Shown piece by piece: positions 52,998-64,000 of a stretch of DNA of 64,000 bases. A model generated the notes under the pieces. That model did no database searches. It worked only from the letters and a program-made list of their open reading frames with translations, and had not been told where the DNA came from. The position numbers and the translations under genes were made by a program. Each line of letters begins with the position of its first letter. The first letter of the stretch is position 1. Source of the DNA: Chiloscyllium plagiosum (Eukaryota); the NCBI RefSeq assembly GCF_004010195.1, contig NC_057732.1, forward strand, positions 16,842,484 through 16,906,483. Reading direction: 5' to 3'.

Positions 52998-55330
52998 AAA
53001 CTGTCAACCTCAGCCATGGGTAAGATCCTAGAATCCATTGTGAAGGATGAGATTTCTGAATACTTGGAGGTGTATGGTAAAATAGGCCAAAGTCACATGG
53101 TTTTATCAAGGGGAATCATGCCTGACAAATCCACTAGAACTCTTTGAGGAAGTAACAAGCAGGTTAGACCAAGGAGAGCCAATGGATGTTATCTACTGGA
53201 CTTCAAGAAGGTCTTTGGCAAAGTACTGCACAGGACACTATTGAATATGGTAAGGGCCCAATGTGTTAAAGGCAAGGTGTTAGCATGGATAGAAGCTTGT
53301 CTGTCTGGCAGAATGCGAAGAGAAATTGAGGACTGCAGATGCTGGAGAAATCAGAGTTGAAATGCGTGGTGCTGGAAAATCACAGCAGATAAGGCAGCAT
53401 TTGAAGAGCAGGAGAATCGACGGTTCGGGTAGAAGATATTCATCAGGAATGTGGGGTGGGGCTGGGGGGTAAGGTAGCTGGGAAAGCGATAGGTAGGTGG
53501 AGGTGGGGTTGATGAGGATAGGTTGGAGGGGAGAGTGGAGCGGATGGGTGGGAAGGAAGGTGAGACAAGTATGACAGTTCCAGAGGGCGGTGCGGAGTTG
53601 GAGGGTTAGATCTGGGATGAGGTGAGGGAGTGGAAGGTGGGGTGAAGAGGGGATTTGAGGAAACTAGTGAAATTGACATTGATGCTGTGTAGTTGGAGGG
53701 TCCCAAGATGGAAGATGGGGTGTTCTTGGATATGCATGTTCTTGGCAGAGTGGGAGGAGGAGTTGAAGTGGTCGGCCACAGGACGGTAGGGTTTGGTGCA
53801 GGTGTCCGAGAGATGTTCCCTAAAGTGTTCTGAGAGTTTGCATCCTGTCTCCCAACATAGAGGAGACAACATCAAGCGCAACGGACACCGTAGACGACAC
53901 GTTTGGATTTGCAGGAAAATCTCTGCTGGATGTGGAAGGATCCTTTGGGGCCTTGGATGGAGGGGACGTGGGGGTTCTATTCTTGTTGTGGTTGGAGGGG
54001 TGGGGATCAAGGGCGGAGGTGCAGGAGGTGGAGGAGATGCACTGGAGGACATTGTTGACCACATGGGAGGAGGAGAAATTGCAGTCCTTGAAGTAGGAAG
54101 CCATCTGGAATATCCTGGAGTGGAACTGCTCCTCCTGGGAGCAGATACGGTGGAGGTGGAGGATTTGGGAGTATGGGATAGCATTTTACAGGAGGGGTGG
54201 GTGGGAGGAGGTGGAGTCCAGGTAGCTGTGGGAATCAGTGGGTTTGAAGTAGATGTCCCTATTGTGTTGTTTGCCGGAAGAAAGCAGAGAGTGGGGATAA
54301 AAAGGATCCTTCTCAGGATGGCAACTGGTGACAAGTGGTATTCCGAAAGGCTCAGTGTTGGAACCCCAACTTTTCACTTTATACAATAATGATCTCGATG
54401 AAGGAACTGAGGGCACTCTTGCTAATTTTGCAGATGGTATAAAGATAGGTACTGGGGCAGGTAGCATTGAGGAGGCAGGGAAGGTGCAGAAGGATTTGGA
54501 CAGGTTTGGAGTGCTGGCAGGAAAGTGGCGAATAGAGTACAACATGTGAAAGTGTATGGTCATGCACTTTGGTGGGAAGAATAGAGGCACGAACTATTTT
54601 CTAAATGGGGAGAAAATTCAGAAGTTTTTAGTGCAAACAGACTTGGGAGTTTAGTACAGGATTCTCTCAAGGTAAACTTATAGGTTGAGTCAATAGTTAG
54701 GAAAGCAAACACAATAATGACATTTATTTTGACAGGACTTAAATGTAAAAGGAGAGTGGTACTTCTGAGACTCTAGTCAGACCACATTTGGAGTACTGTG
54801 TGCAGTTTTGGGCCCCATATCTCAGGAAGGATGTACTGGCCCTGGGGAGTGTTCAGAGGAGGTTCATGAGAATGGCCCCAGGAATGAAATTCCATATGAG
54901 GACCGCTTGAGGACTTTGCGTCTATATTCAATGGAGTTTAGAAGGATAAAGGGGGGGGGGGGGAAATCTAATTTAAACATACAGAATATTGAATGGCCTT
55001 GCCAGAGTAGATGCTGGAATTATGTTTCCATTGGAAGGAGAGACTAGGACCTGAGGGCACAGCCTTAGAATAAAGGGAATACCTTTTAAAACAGAGAGAA
55101 GGGGAAACTTCAGCCAGATAGTGCTGAATCTATGGAATTCTTTGCGACAGAAGATTTTCGAGGCTAGGTCACTGAGTTTGTTTTCGAATGAGATAGACAG
55201 GGTCTGGACTATCAAGGGGATCAAGGGTTACAGGGAGAATAGGGTTGAGAAACTTATCAGCCCTGACTGAATGGCGGAGTCGACTCAATAGGCTGAATGG
55301 CCAAATTTCTGCTCCTATGTCTTATGGTCT
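52998..55330 (+). mobile_element. CR1 LINE RT to 3' end, interrupted by a PLE
   Basis: SGIPKGSVLEPQLFTLY-NDLDEG...FADGIK, RPHLEYCVQFWAP, tail ctcctatgtcttatggtct. Confidence 0.9.
53320..54262 (-). mobile_element. Penelope-like element (family 1), about 0.9 kb with RT-thumb and GIY-YIG remnants
   Basis: DIYFKPTDSHSYLDSTSSHP; ETGCKLSEHFREHL...PVADHFNSSSHS...IFHLGTLQ; same 3' tail as the short family-1 copies. Confidence 0.88.
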
Positions 55331-56713
55331 GAAAGCATGGAGGAACAGATAAATGCATGACAAAGATTAAAAAGCTTCATTTTGACTTTTATCAAATGGC
55401 TTCTGCCAATCCTAATGAAATATTGCTAATATTTTGTTTAGAGATTTTAATCTCAAAGAGAGAATATTCACGTGACTCAATCAAAAGCATCTTTAAATAA
55501 CATCAAAATGATCCTCTGACCTTCAATCAATTCAGATGGGCATTAGCAGTATGCCGTAAAACAATGAATATGGATTATGGTTCCTTGTTTCAGCAAAGAA
55601 AACCTCAAGAGACAATCAACTACACAGCTTGTGCGCCTTCTGGAAACCAATCCAAGACCAGAAAATCATGCCCTGAAGTGGGATTCAATGTTAAAATGAC
55701 TCCCAGAACTAGAAACAAAAAAGTTAGAGATAAAGTAACATTGATATTGCAAATGGCAGGGAACAATGGGCAAGGAGACCTTTGACAATCACAGGTTTTG
55801 GTATGAATTAATGGAGGTCAGATGCTGTCACAAGAAAAGAAATTCAGGTAGATTATACTAATCATACAACACTCACTGGTAGTTTGGTCAAAATAGGTTG
55901 TGACTTTCAGGCGTGGGTAGGGTTAACCTACTCAACTATAAATGCAATAGAATTAGCATAAATCACATTGTATATACTTGACTCAAAGCCTTTGTATCAT
56001 TGGAGAAATTTTTGATGTTCCTGTCGAAGTTGTCTCCCCATCGATATAATAAACACTGCTTGAAATATCAAATCAGAACCTGTGTCGAGTGTTGGTTTAA
56101 AATATGTCACAACACCCCATTTCAAAGTCACAATTTCCTTTCAAAATGTAGTCCATTTGTGTCTAGCTATAAACATGCAACAATTTGATATTCTGAATCA
56201 ATTAGTGAATTTCATGAATTAGAAACCTACATCATGGAGCAGGAACAGGGTAGAAGGTTACACAATTATCCTATCACACCTAATACTCAACCCTCATTGA
56301 CGATCATGATTTTCACTCTTCTGAATCAGAGTTAAATAACTGATTTTCACACCTCTTAATAAGCAGAAATCCCTACTTTGAAACTGTATAAATATTTGCA
56401 CAAGTATGCAGCAATTTAACTATTTACAGTTAAACTCAGAAGAACGAATACTGTCTTTTTTCCAAAACCAGAGTGTCCAATCATCTCATTAATGATTAAA
56501 ACACACAGAAGTATTATTGGAAGGAAAACTCACTTGATGTTCAAATCACCAAGTATTCTATTTTCCCATTCAACATCAACAATATAAAACTCAACCTCCC
56601 ACCTTATACAAAACTAAGTGACCAAAATTATAAAATCTGCACAAAACAAAACACTTGCTTAAAAAGACCCTCATAAGAAAATGATATCAATTTGTTAGAA
56701 AGCCAGGTATTTA

Positions 56714-56938
<225 letters not shown>

Positions 56939-57707
56939 TCATCTGTTCCTTCATCTATTTTTGGACATAAATGACCATTTATACTTGTTTACAGTTTCCT
57001 GACTTACCACTAACTTGTATCACAATAAATCCAGGTGAATGAACAATCCAGTTGCAATCCCATTGATTTGCTCAGAGTCTGATACTTTTGCTTCAGCTCA
57101 TCCATACTCCTTTAACACCAGACCATGTCTCAGGTCTATTATCTCCTCCTAGAATAGCACATTATCCACCACCTATCTTATCCATGAAATAACACATTGT
57201 AAATTTTATGAATATGTCTACCAGCATTCATGGCAAGTCAAAGAATAGGCTATCTTAAAACGACTAATGTTACACTTATGCTTATCTCCTGCAGCACTTC
57301 ATAATAACAATGATCTAAGTGCAGCTGCAAAGAAAACTAAAATGCTACAGAACACCCATTATGCACCTAACCTGACCTTTTCTCAAGATGTAGGGAGCAT
57401 GAAGTGCCACTAGAGGATGCTATTCTCTTTAAAAAAAAATCAGTATTTACCATGCTACCATCACCTTTCTCAAATGCCGTTGCTGCTAACTTGCTTAACT
57501 GACATTAAAGAGAAGCAGTTTTATTTAATTAAACATTGGAAGACTGAAGCAATCTATTGCAATCCCTGATCCAAAGCTGTTCCCTAGCTAACATCTCCCT
57601 GGGAATAGTCTGACATTTAATCCAATCTGTTCAAATTCTTAATATGACATGTGATCCCAAGTTGAGCAACCAACAAGAGGTGTGAGAATAGGCAATTTGC
57701 TGATTTT

Positions 57708-57824
57708 CTGATGAAGGGCTTTTGCCCACAATGTCGATTTTCCTGCTCCTCGGATGCTGCCTGACCCGCTTTTCCAGTGCCACTCTCATCTCCAGCATCT
57801 GCTGTACCCACTTTCGCTTAAATG
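57708..57824 (+). mobile_element. Short PLE family-1 derivative
   Basis: Starts exactly at CTGATGA; direct repeat gctgatttt at 57699-57707 and 57825-57833. Confidence 0.8.
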
Positions 57825-59487
57825 GCTGATTTTACCCATTGCAGCTCATCTGCTATGAAAACTCTCATTCATACCTGCAGGAGTGACAGTGGTGAAAATC
57901 AAAAAGGTCTGATTTTTTTTTGTGACAAGGAATCAGGCAAACATAGCACTTTTGTGAGATTCATCTGCGGTGAACACGGTTTTTCTAGGCCGCTTCAATT
58001 ATTAGACTTCAAGTGGGTAGAAACACACTTTTTTTTCTTCTAATTAACATCAACATCATGATTTAATGTACTTGTATCAAATAAGAGTAATTTTGGTATT
58101 CAATACATACACATTGAAATATATTGGAGAAAATACTTGAGAAAATTGCTGATTTCTCTTTCTTGTCCTGCAAACTCAGGCAAAATATTTGTATCTGACA
58201 ACATTCAATACAGGAGTAATTGAATGGTAAGCACTCTAAAGATTGATAACTATTTAATGACTGATTTAATTCTGTACTTATTCACATTATTTAGTGGAAA
58301 CTGGAAACATTGGACCAACAAACCATCAGCTGATGCACCAGGAATTGTAAAAGTAGCATGAACAGTGGCGCATCTCAGAGCTAGTTGTAATGTATTTTTA
58401 AAAGGACGTGTTCATGATATCATACCACATGACATTATGGTATAAATGTCTCTGTCTCCCTCTCGAGTCCTCTTACAACTTGCCTCATTTATAGAATTGT
58501 GAAGAATCATGTAGACTCAAAATGTTAACTTGTCTCCATGGATGCTGCCTGACCTGATGTGACCTCCAGCATTTGTTTTGTTCAGTACAGTTAGATCCAA
58601 ATTGCTGAACTTTAGCCCAGGCACACAAGTGCCTGTGATTGTAATACATGTGGATACCAGGAGCTATTGCATCCTTCAGTACCATGTTACCTATCATAGT
58701 CATCTTATTAGAGCTAAACTAAGTATTAACTTAAGTTACTTACAAAAATACAGATACCCTGAATTTAAATGTCCATCTCTGCATCTAAGGTCAATTCTGA
58801 GGGCAGAAACAGGTGGCGCTTATAAAGAAATATGACTCCCAGAACAAAGATGCAGTCAGGCTTATTTTTGGTCCTTAAATCAACAGATACTTGGGTCTGG
58901 CTGGGATGCTGATTTTCTGGTTATTTCAATATAATGGAACAGAACAACAATACACCTGAAGTATTAACATTATCTGAGTGATGAGAGTGGAACGTACTAC
59001 TTTCACTCGACAGCCAACATGAACAGATGCTCATGTTCTTTTTCAGTTCAGTTGTGGTAGACTGAAACCTTTTACTCAAAATTTACTTGGGTTTGGCATG
59101 ACACTGAAAAGGCAAAAGATGGGTCACATACAATGGGAGTTAATTGACAATTTACTTGGTTCTCCTAAAGGCAATCCTTACAGATGCAAACTTCAATATC
59201 AATTAAATCAGTGTTTGTGCATGTCTGAGAATTAAAGCAGCACATTTTTAAGGTGCAGCATATTGAACAGGCAAGCAAACAACCACCTGCTCCAATTATA
59301 AAACACAACTGCTCACTTAAGAAAAACAAACCTACTTAGGTGCTTAGTGGTGCAGCGGTAAGGTCGCTCCCTCTGAACCAGAAGAACCAAATTCCTTTCT
59401 ACTCCAGAAGTGTGCAATCACATCTCTGAACAGGTTGATTAGAAAAAAATATCAACCACCACCTGATCGCAAAGTAATCTGGGAAAG

Positions 59488-59846
59488 TCAGAGTCAGAGA
59501 CATACAGCACGATTAACAGACCTTTTGGTCCAACTCATCCATGCCAACCAGATATCCTAACTTTATCTAGTCCCATTTGCCAGCACTTGGCACAAATCCC
59601 CCAAGCTTTCTTATTCATATACCCATCCAGATGCCTTTTAAATGTTGTAACTGTACCAGCCTCCACTACTTCCTCTGGCAGCTCATTCCATAACATGCAC
59701 CACCCTTTGCATGAAAAAGCTTTCCCTTCGGTCCCTTTTAATCTTTCCCCTCTCACCCTAAATCTGTGCCGTCGCGTTCTGGACTTCCCCACCCCAGGGA
59801 AAATTCATTGTCGATTTACCCTATCCATGCCCCTCATGATTTTGTA
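59488..59846 (-). mobile_element. CR1 3' end
   Basis: WNELPEEVVEAGTVTTFKRHLDGYM; CR1 tail. Confidence 0.9.
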
Positions 59847-59891
59847 GTCGTTCAATTATGAGATAAGACTGCAGGATAAAACAGAAAGAGT

Positions 59892-60020
59892 TCCTGAAGA
59901 AGGGCTTCTGCCAGAAACGTCGATTCTCCTGTTCCCTGGATGCTGCCTGACCTGCTGCGCTTTTTCAGCAACACATTTTCAGCTCTGATCTCCAGCATCT
60001 GCAGACCTCACTTTCTCCTC
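59892..60020 (+). mobile_element. 129-bp PLE family-1 derivative with hammerhead core
   Basis: 14-bp TSD aaaacagaaagagt at 59878-59891 and 60021-60034; CTGAAGA-AGGGC-ttct-GCCA-GAAAC-GTC at 59894-59921. Confidence 0.88.
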
Positions 60021-61150
60021 AAAACAGAAAGAGTACCTGCTGACAGCTCAATAACTCTCAGCTTTTGTGGCCTCCAAACTAAATCAACAGCAAGGGAACT
60101 TCGATATTTATGTATTTTTAGGAGGTGGGTTTGCATATGCAATGGTCTCAACACCATGCTTGGTGATGTACAGAAGTAGTGAAGCAATGGACTATGGAAA
60201 AGAGGAGACAGTTTTGAGAAACATTCAAGTGGCAGAATTCCAAAATCAACCAGTCAGTAAACCACAGGATGATCAAAATTTCTAAACACCAATGCCTTCA
60301 TTACCTCTTAACTTCAATATTCCAACACACTCCAGACTTGGCTCGTACATCCTATTCTGCATCAACTTGAAATCTGCACAGGTGTTAACTGAAAAAAGTC
60401 TCTTTTACTCCCTGTCCCTAATAACTAATGTGCTCAATGACCCAATTGCACCCAGTCAAGCAACATTTTCATTATAAAATTTTCACTTTTTTCTTAAAAC
60501 CCCACAAACTTGCCCAAACCTCTACTTGTCTTCACCTACAGCACCACAAGCCTCTAACTCTCTGTTCTACAATAATTTATATGCTTTGAGCAACTGCAAT
60601 TACAATTGTGTCTTCAGTTTTCCAAACCCCAAGCTCTGGAATGTGTGTACCACCTTAGTTTGCTTCCCTTTAAGATACTACTTAAACCTAGCTTTTTGAC
60701 CAGATTTTTTCCATCTTCTGACCTAATACCTCCTTGTGTGTTTCAGAGCCTTACTTTGTTTTACAATGCTCTTGAACTGCATTGAGATGGCTCTTAATGT
60801 TAAAAAGGTGCTCTAAGAGTACAAGTTGTTGTTGCTATTAAAGGGACATGGAAGCCATAAAAGTGTGTTCCTCTTCAGAAAATGTCTACTAGCAACCATA
60901 TTTTGGATTTTTTATTCTCTACCAAAATCCTTTGTAAGACCAAAAATTTAACTTTCAAAGCAAAGCACATTAAGTCTTTAAATGTATTGCATGCTTACAG
61001 CAAACGTGATACTATAAACATTAATTTCCATAGGAATTCTATTATGGTATTTCAATGCATTTAAAACAGAAAATGTAACATAGGAAGTATACATTACCCT
61101 TCAAGCTGACAACTTTCTTTACTACCAAGTACTATTCAACATGTACTCAC

Positions 61151-61318
61151 TAGACCACAGTTAATTGAAATTCCTTCTTTTGCCCTCTCTCCAGTTGCTC
61201 CTGTACGCTTTAGTCTTTCTGAACCAGCAAGGTCAACAAAGTGGAACTTGGCTGTGAGGGTTTCAAATTCATTCATTTCTGTTGATTCACTGATGGCTTT
61301 ATTGTCCAATAGTTCATC
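61151..61318 (-). CDS. KIF21A: KIF21A exon, 168 nt, motor switch II: [56 protein letters not shown]
   Basis: tag|GAT acceptor, CTA|gtgagt donor, phase 0-0; not in ORF track, read manually. Confidence 0.97.
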
Positions 61319-62256
61319 CTACATTAAAAACAAAACTAACCCAATCAAGTTGAAGATAACAAAGAAGTATATATACTAAAATGTTCCCATAAAATGAGTG
61401 CAGAATAGTTAGGTGCTGGATTTTGACTGGCACAGACATGGTGGGCTGAAGGACATTTTTCCTGTGCTATAGATCTCTACGACTCAAATCAACTTGGCAG
61501 TATTTTGCATCTTGCAATATTGATTTGTCTTTTCACTAGAATTTTTTTTAAACGAACAGTGTACTTCCAGCACTTTTCTTCATATTTCAGCATTTAGGTT
61601 TTCCACAACACATCTTAAAACTATCAAGTTACAGGAAATTATACAAATTCTGGTCAAATTCTAAGACTAGGGTGTTAAATCTCAAGGAAAGAAATTATGA
61701 AGGTATAAAGGCCAACTTGACAATGGTGGATTGGAAAAATCCACAAAGATTTGATGGTGGATAAGTCATGGTTAGTATTTAAAGAAATATTACACAGTTG
61801 ACAAGAGATGCACATTCTTCTGAGACAGAACCACCAAAGCAAAAGGTAATTCAAGTATGGTAAACAAAACTTGATAGAATGTTAGATGCCAGGAAAATTG
61901 GCAAGCTTGAGGATTGGGCACAATTTAGAACCATGCAGGAGAACCAAGATACTAATTAAGAAAGGGAGAATAAAAAAAAAGAATGTAGGCTAACAAAATA
62001 CATAATGGTGATTGTAAAAGCTTCTTTTAAGCATGTGAGAAAAAAATAAAAAAGTCAAGACAAAATGTGGGAAATTTACTGGTGGGGCCAAGATAATTTA
62101 TAATTGTAGCAAAAGACAGTCTTAAGAGTTACTTTGTATCTTCAAACAAACAAACTCCACAAGTTCTAGGTGACTAAGGGACTTGTAAAGCTGAAAAACT
62201 GGAATAAATGAGGATTTAAGTAGAAGAATTTGAAAAAAGTTAACTGAAATAAAGGA

Positions 62257-62576
62257 CTAGCTTTCACAGTGCTGTTCCTTCATCAGGTGGTTGTCGATTA
62301 TAAGATTGTACAGCATGGAATTTACAGCAAGTTTACAGTGTGATGCAACTGAAATGATATATTGAAAAATTTTATCGTTTTCAAGATAACATTTCAGTTG
62401 CATCACACTGTAAACTTGCTGTAAATTCTGTGCCGTACAATCTTATACTCGACAACCACCTGATGAAGGAACAGCGCTGTGGAAGAGAGTGCTTCCAAAT
62501 AAACCTGCTGGACTATAACCTGTTGTGTGATTTTTAACTTTGTACACCCCAGTTCAATACCGACACATCCAAATCA
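62257..62576. mobile_element. PLE family-3 inverted pLTR pair, about 110-bp arms, inside a decayed CR1 (about 61630-62250)
   Basis: Arms 62257-62368 and 62378-62489 are reverse complements; both contain cacCTGATGAAGGA. Confidence 0.88.
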
Positions 62577-62686
62577 GGAGGAAAGGATGATTACATCCGC
62601 TGGGTAAGATGAGCTTCATCCCAGTGTGTTCAAGGGAAAGTAGTAGAGAAAATGTTAGAACTTATCATAGGAGTGGAGATAACTTG

Positions 62687-63375
62687 TGTTATGAAGTTGA
62701 AGGCAAATACTATAACTGAAAGAGAGAGAGAGAGTGCTGTTCTGCACAGAGATTATAAGCAACTGCGTATATAACTAGATGGCTGTCCCAGAGTGTACTG
62801 GAAAATTGAAAATATATAACATTTGGCTGTGAAATGGATACCTGAATTTTGGTTGCTGTTTTGACAACAATTTGAATTTAACCAATTTAAATTACGTCCC
62901 AGATTCTCAAACCCAATTGTGTTCGAACTTATTGCATTGCCAACGAATATAAATGCTGCTATTTTGAAAATTGGTCAGAGAGCAACTTCCATAGAGAAAG
63001 AAATTCGTGGAGATCTAATTGCCCATCTAACATTTTGCTCTCAAAGAAATTAGAAAACACACTGTATCAAAAGGTACATTTTCGTATGAAACATGCTCGC
63101 AATAAAAAGAAAGACGACGACCCAGGGAAATCAACACTGGAAGACTGAAAACAGAATTTCAGAACCATGCAATTGCTGTCGTCTTAAGTTGATGTAATTT
63201 TAATAAGTGTCTTATTAAACAGCATATTATTATACAGCTGGAGGCAAATAGTAAGCAGTTAAGAGAATGTGGAGTTTAGAGTTGTGAATAGCTGTTGTTT
63301 AATGCTCATTTTTAGAGTTAAAGAATAAGTTGATGTTAACTTAGTGGAATTTGGGAGTTCTCTGTCACTCAATTT
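62687..63375 (+). mobile_element. Possible solo LTR
   Basis: Begins TGTTATGA, LTR-like composition by recall; 3' end and TSD not verified. Confidence 0.35.
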
Positions 63376-63384
63376 AATTATGAT

Positions 63385-63870
63385 ATGGAGATGCCGGTGT
63401 TGGACTGGGGTGTACAAAGTTAAAAATCACACAACACCAGGTTATAGTCCAACAGGTTTAATTGGAAGCACACTAGCTTTTGGAGCGACGCTCCTTCATC
63501 AGGTGATAGTGGGGGCTCAATCCTAACACAGAATTTATAGCAAAAATTTATAGTGTGATGTAACTGAAATTATACATTGAAAAATTGATTGTCTGTTAAG
63601 CCTTTCAGCTGTTAGAATACAGTGATAAATCACAAAACCTTTTTTTTAAAAGTTGCATTCTCGGGTTAGCTGTTACCAATGGTGATATAGCTAGACAATA
63701 TGTTGAAGGTGTTGGCCCCCTGTGTTCTCTGTCTATGCCATGATGTTTAGATTGATTCTAATCTAAAAAGTGAGATAACTGAGTTCTACATAAATTCATG
63801 CAGTTTTTGAGCTCAGAGTTTTATATGAATGTATGCAGTTTTTGAGCAAAGTACAATGTAACCCTTGCAG
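63385..63870 (-). mobile_element. PLE family-3 3' region with hammerhead motif (G12A)
   Basis: Minus strand cac-CTGATGA-A-GGAGC-gtc-GCTCC-AAAA-GCTA-gtg at 63471-63505; homologous to 41921-42038 and 62257-62368. Confidence 0.8.
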
Positions 63871-63877
63871 GGTTACA

Positions 63878-64000
63878 TTTTTTTTATTTCAAAATATACT
63901 TTATTCATATAAATAAATCTTTGGTACCTGTACAATTGGTCATGTCGTTCATATATATATATACATTGCATGTCTTAACATTACAGAAGATTGAATTAAT
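63878..64000 (-). mobile_element. Probable poly(A)-tailed retroelement 3' end, cut by window edge
   Basis: T run at 63878-63885 with minus-strand AATAAA about 15-20 nt upstream. Confidence 0.4.

Noticed and set aside
53606-54389. Longest ORFs in the track (242 aa minus, 198 aa plus)
   Set aside because: Off-frame or antisense readings through a decayed PLE and CR1 junction; no splice context; not host genes
61319-64000. Upstream motor exon (switch I, SSRSHA) or promoter
   Set aside because: Not found; the region is TE-derived with no CpG island, so the 5' part of the gene is outside the window

Overview
Eukaryotic, AT-rich vertebrate DNA, almost certainly from a shark or other elasmobranch (HE1 V-SINEs, DeuSINE remnant, dense CR1 LINEs). 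The whole window lies inside one minus-strand gene, the kinesin-4 motor KIF21A. I can delimit 19 consecutive coding exons between 61318 and 6238. They total 2597 nt in one uninterrupted spliced frame with all phases compatible, running from the motor switch-II region ([11 protein letters not shown]) through the neck and coiled-coil stalk to the acidic linker. The start codon, 5' motor exons and WD40 tail lie outside the window. The gene has a GC-AG intron and a 21-nt microexon with Rbfox-type motifs. Introns contain CR1 fragments, SINEs, possible solo LTRs and at least three families of Penelope-like (PLE) derivatives carrying minimal hammerhead-ribozyme motifs, several with clear target-site duplications and inverted (hairpin) architecture. 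Nearly all ORFs in the supplied track are TE remnants or spurious. I see no evidence of a wholly new gene system. The most interesting signals are the ribozyme-bearing short PLE elements, the microexon, the GC donor, and a 67-bp templated duplication bracketing the autoinhibitory-domain exon. Comparisons with human KIF21A and repeat families are from recall, not database searches, and repeat boundaries are approximate unless a TSD is quoted.
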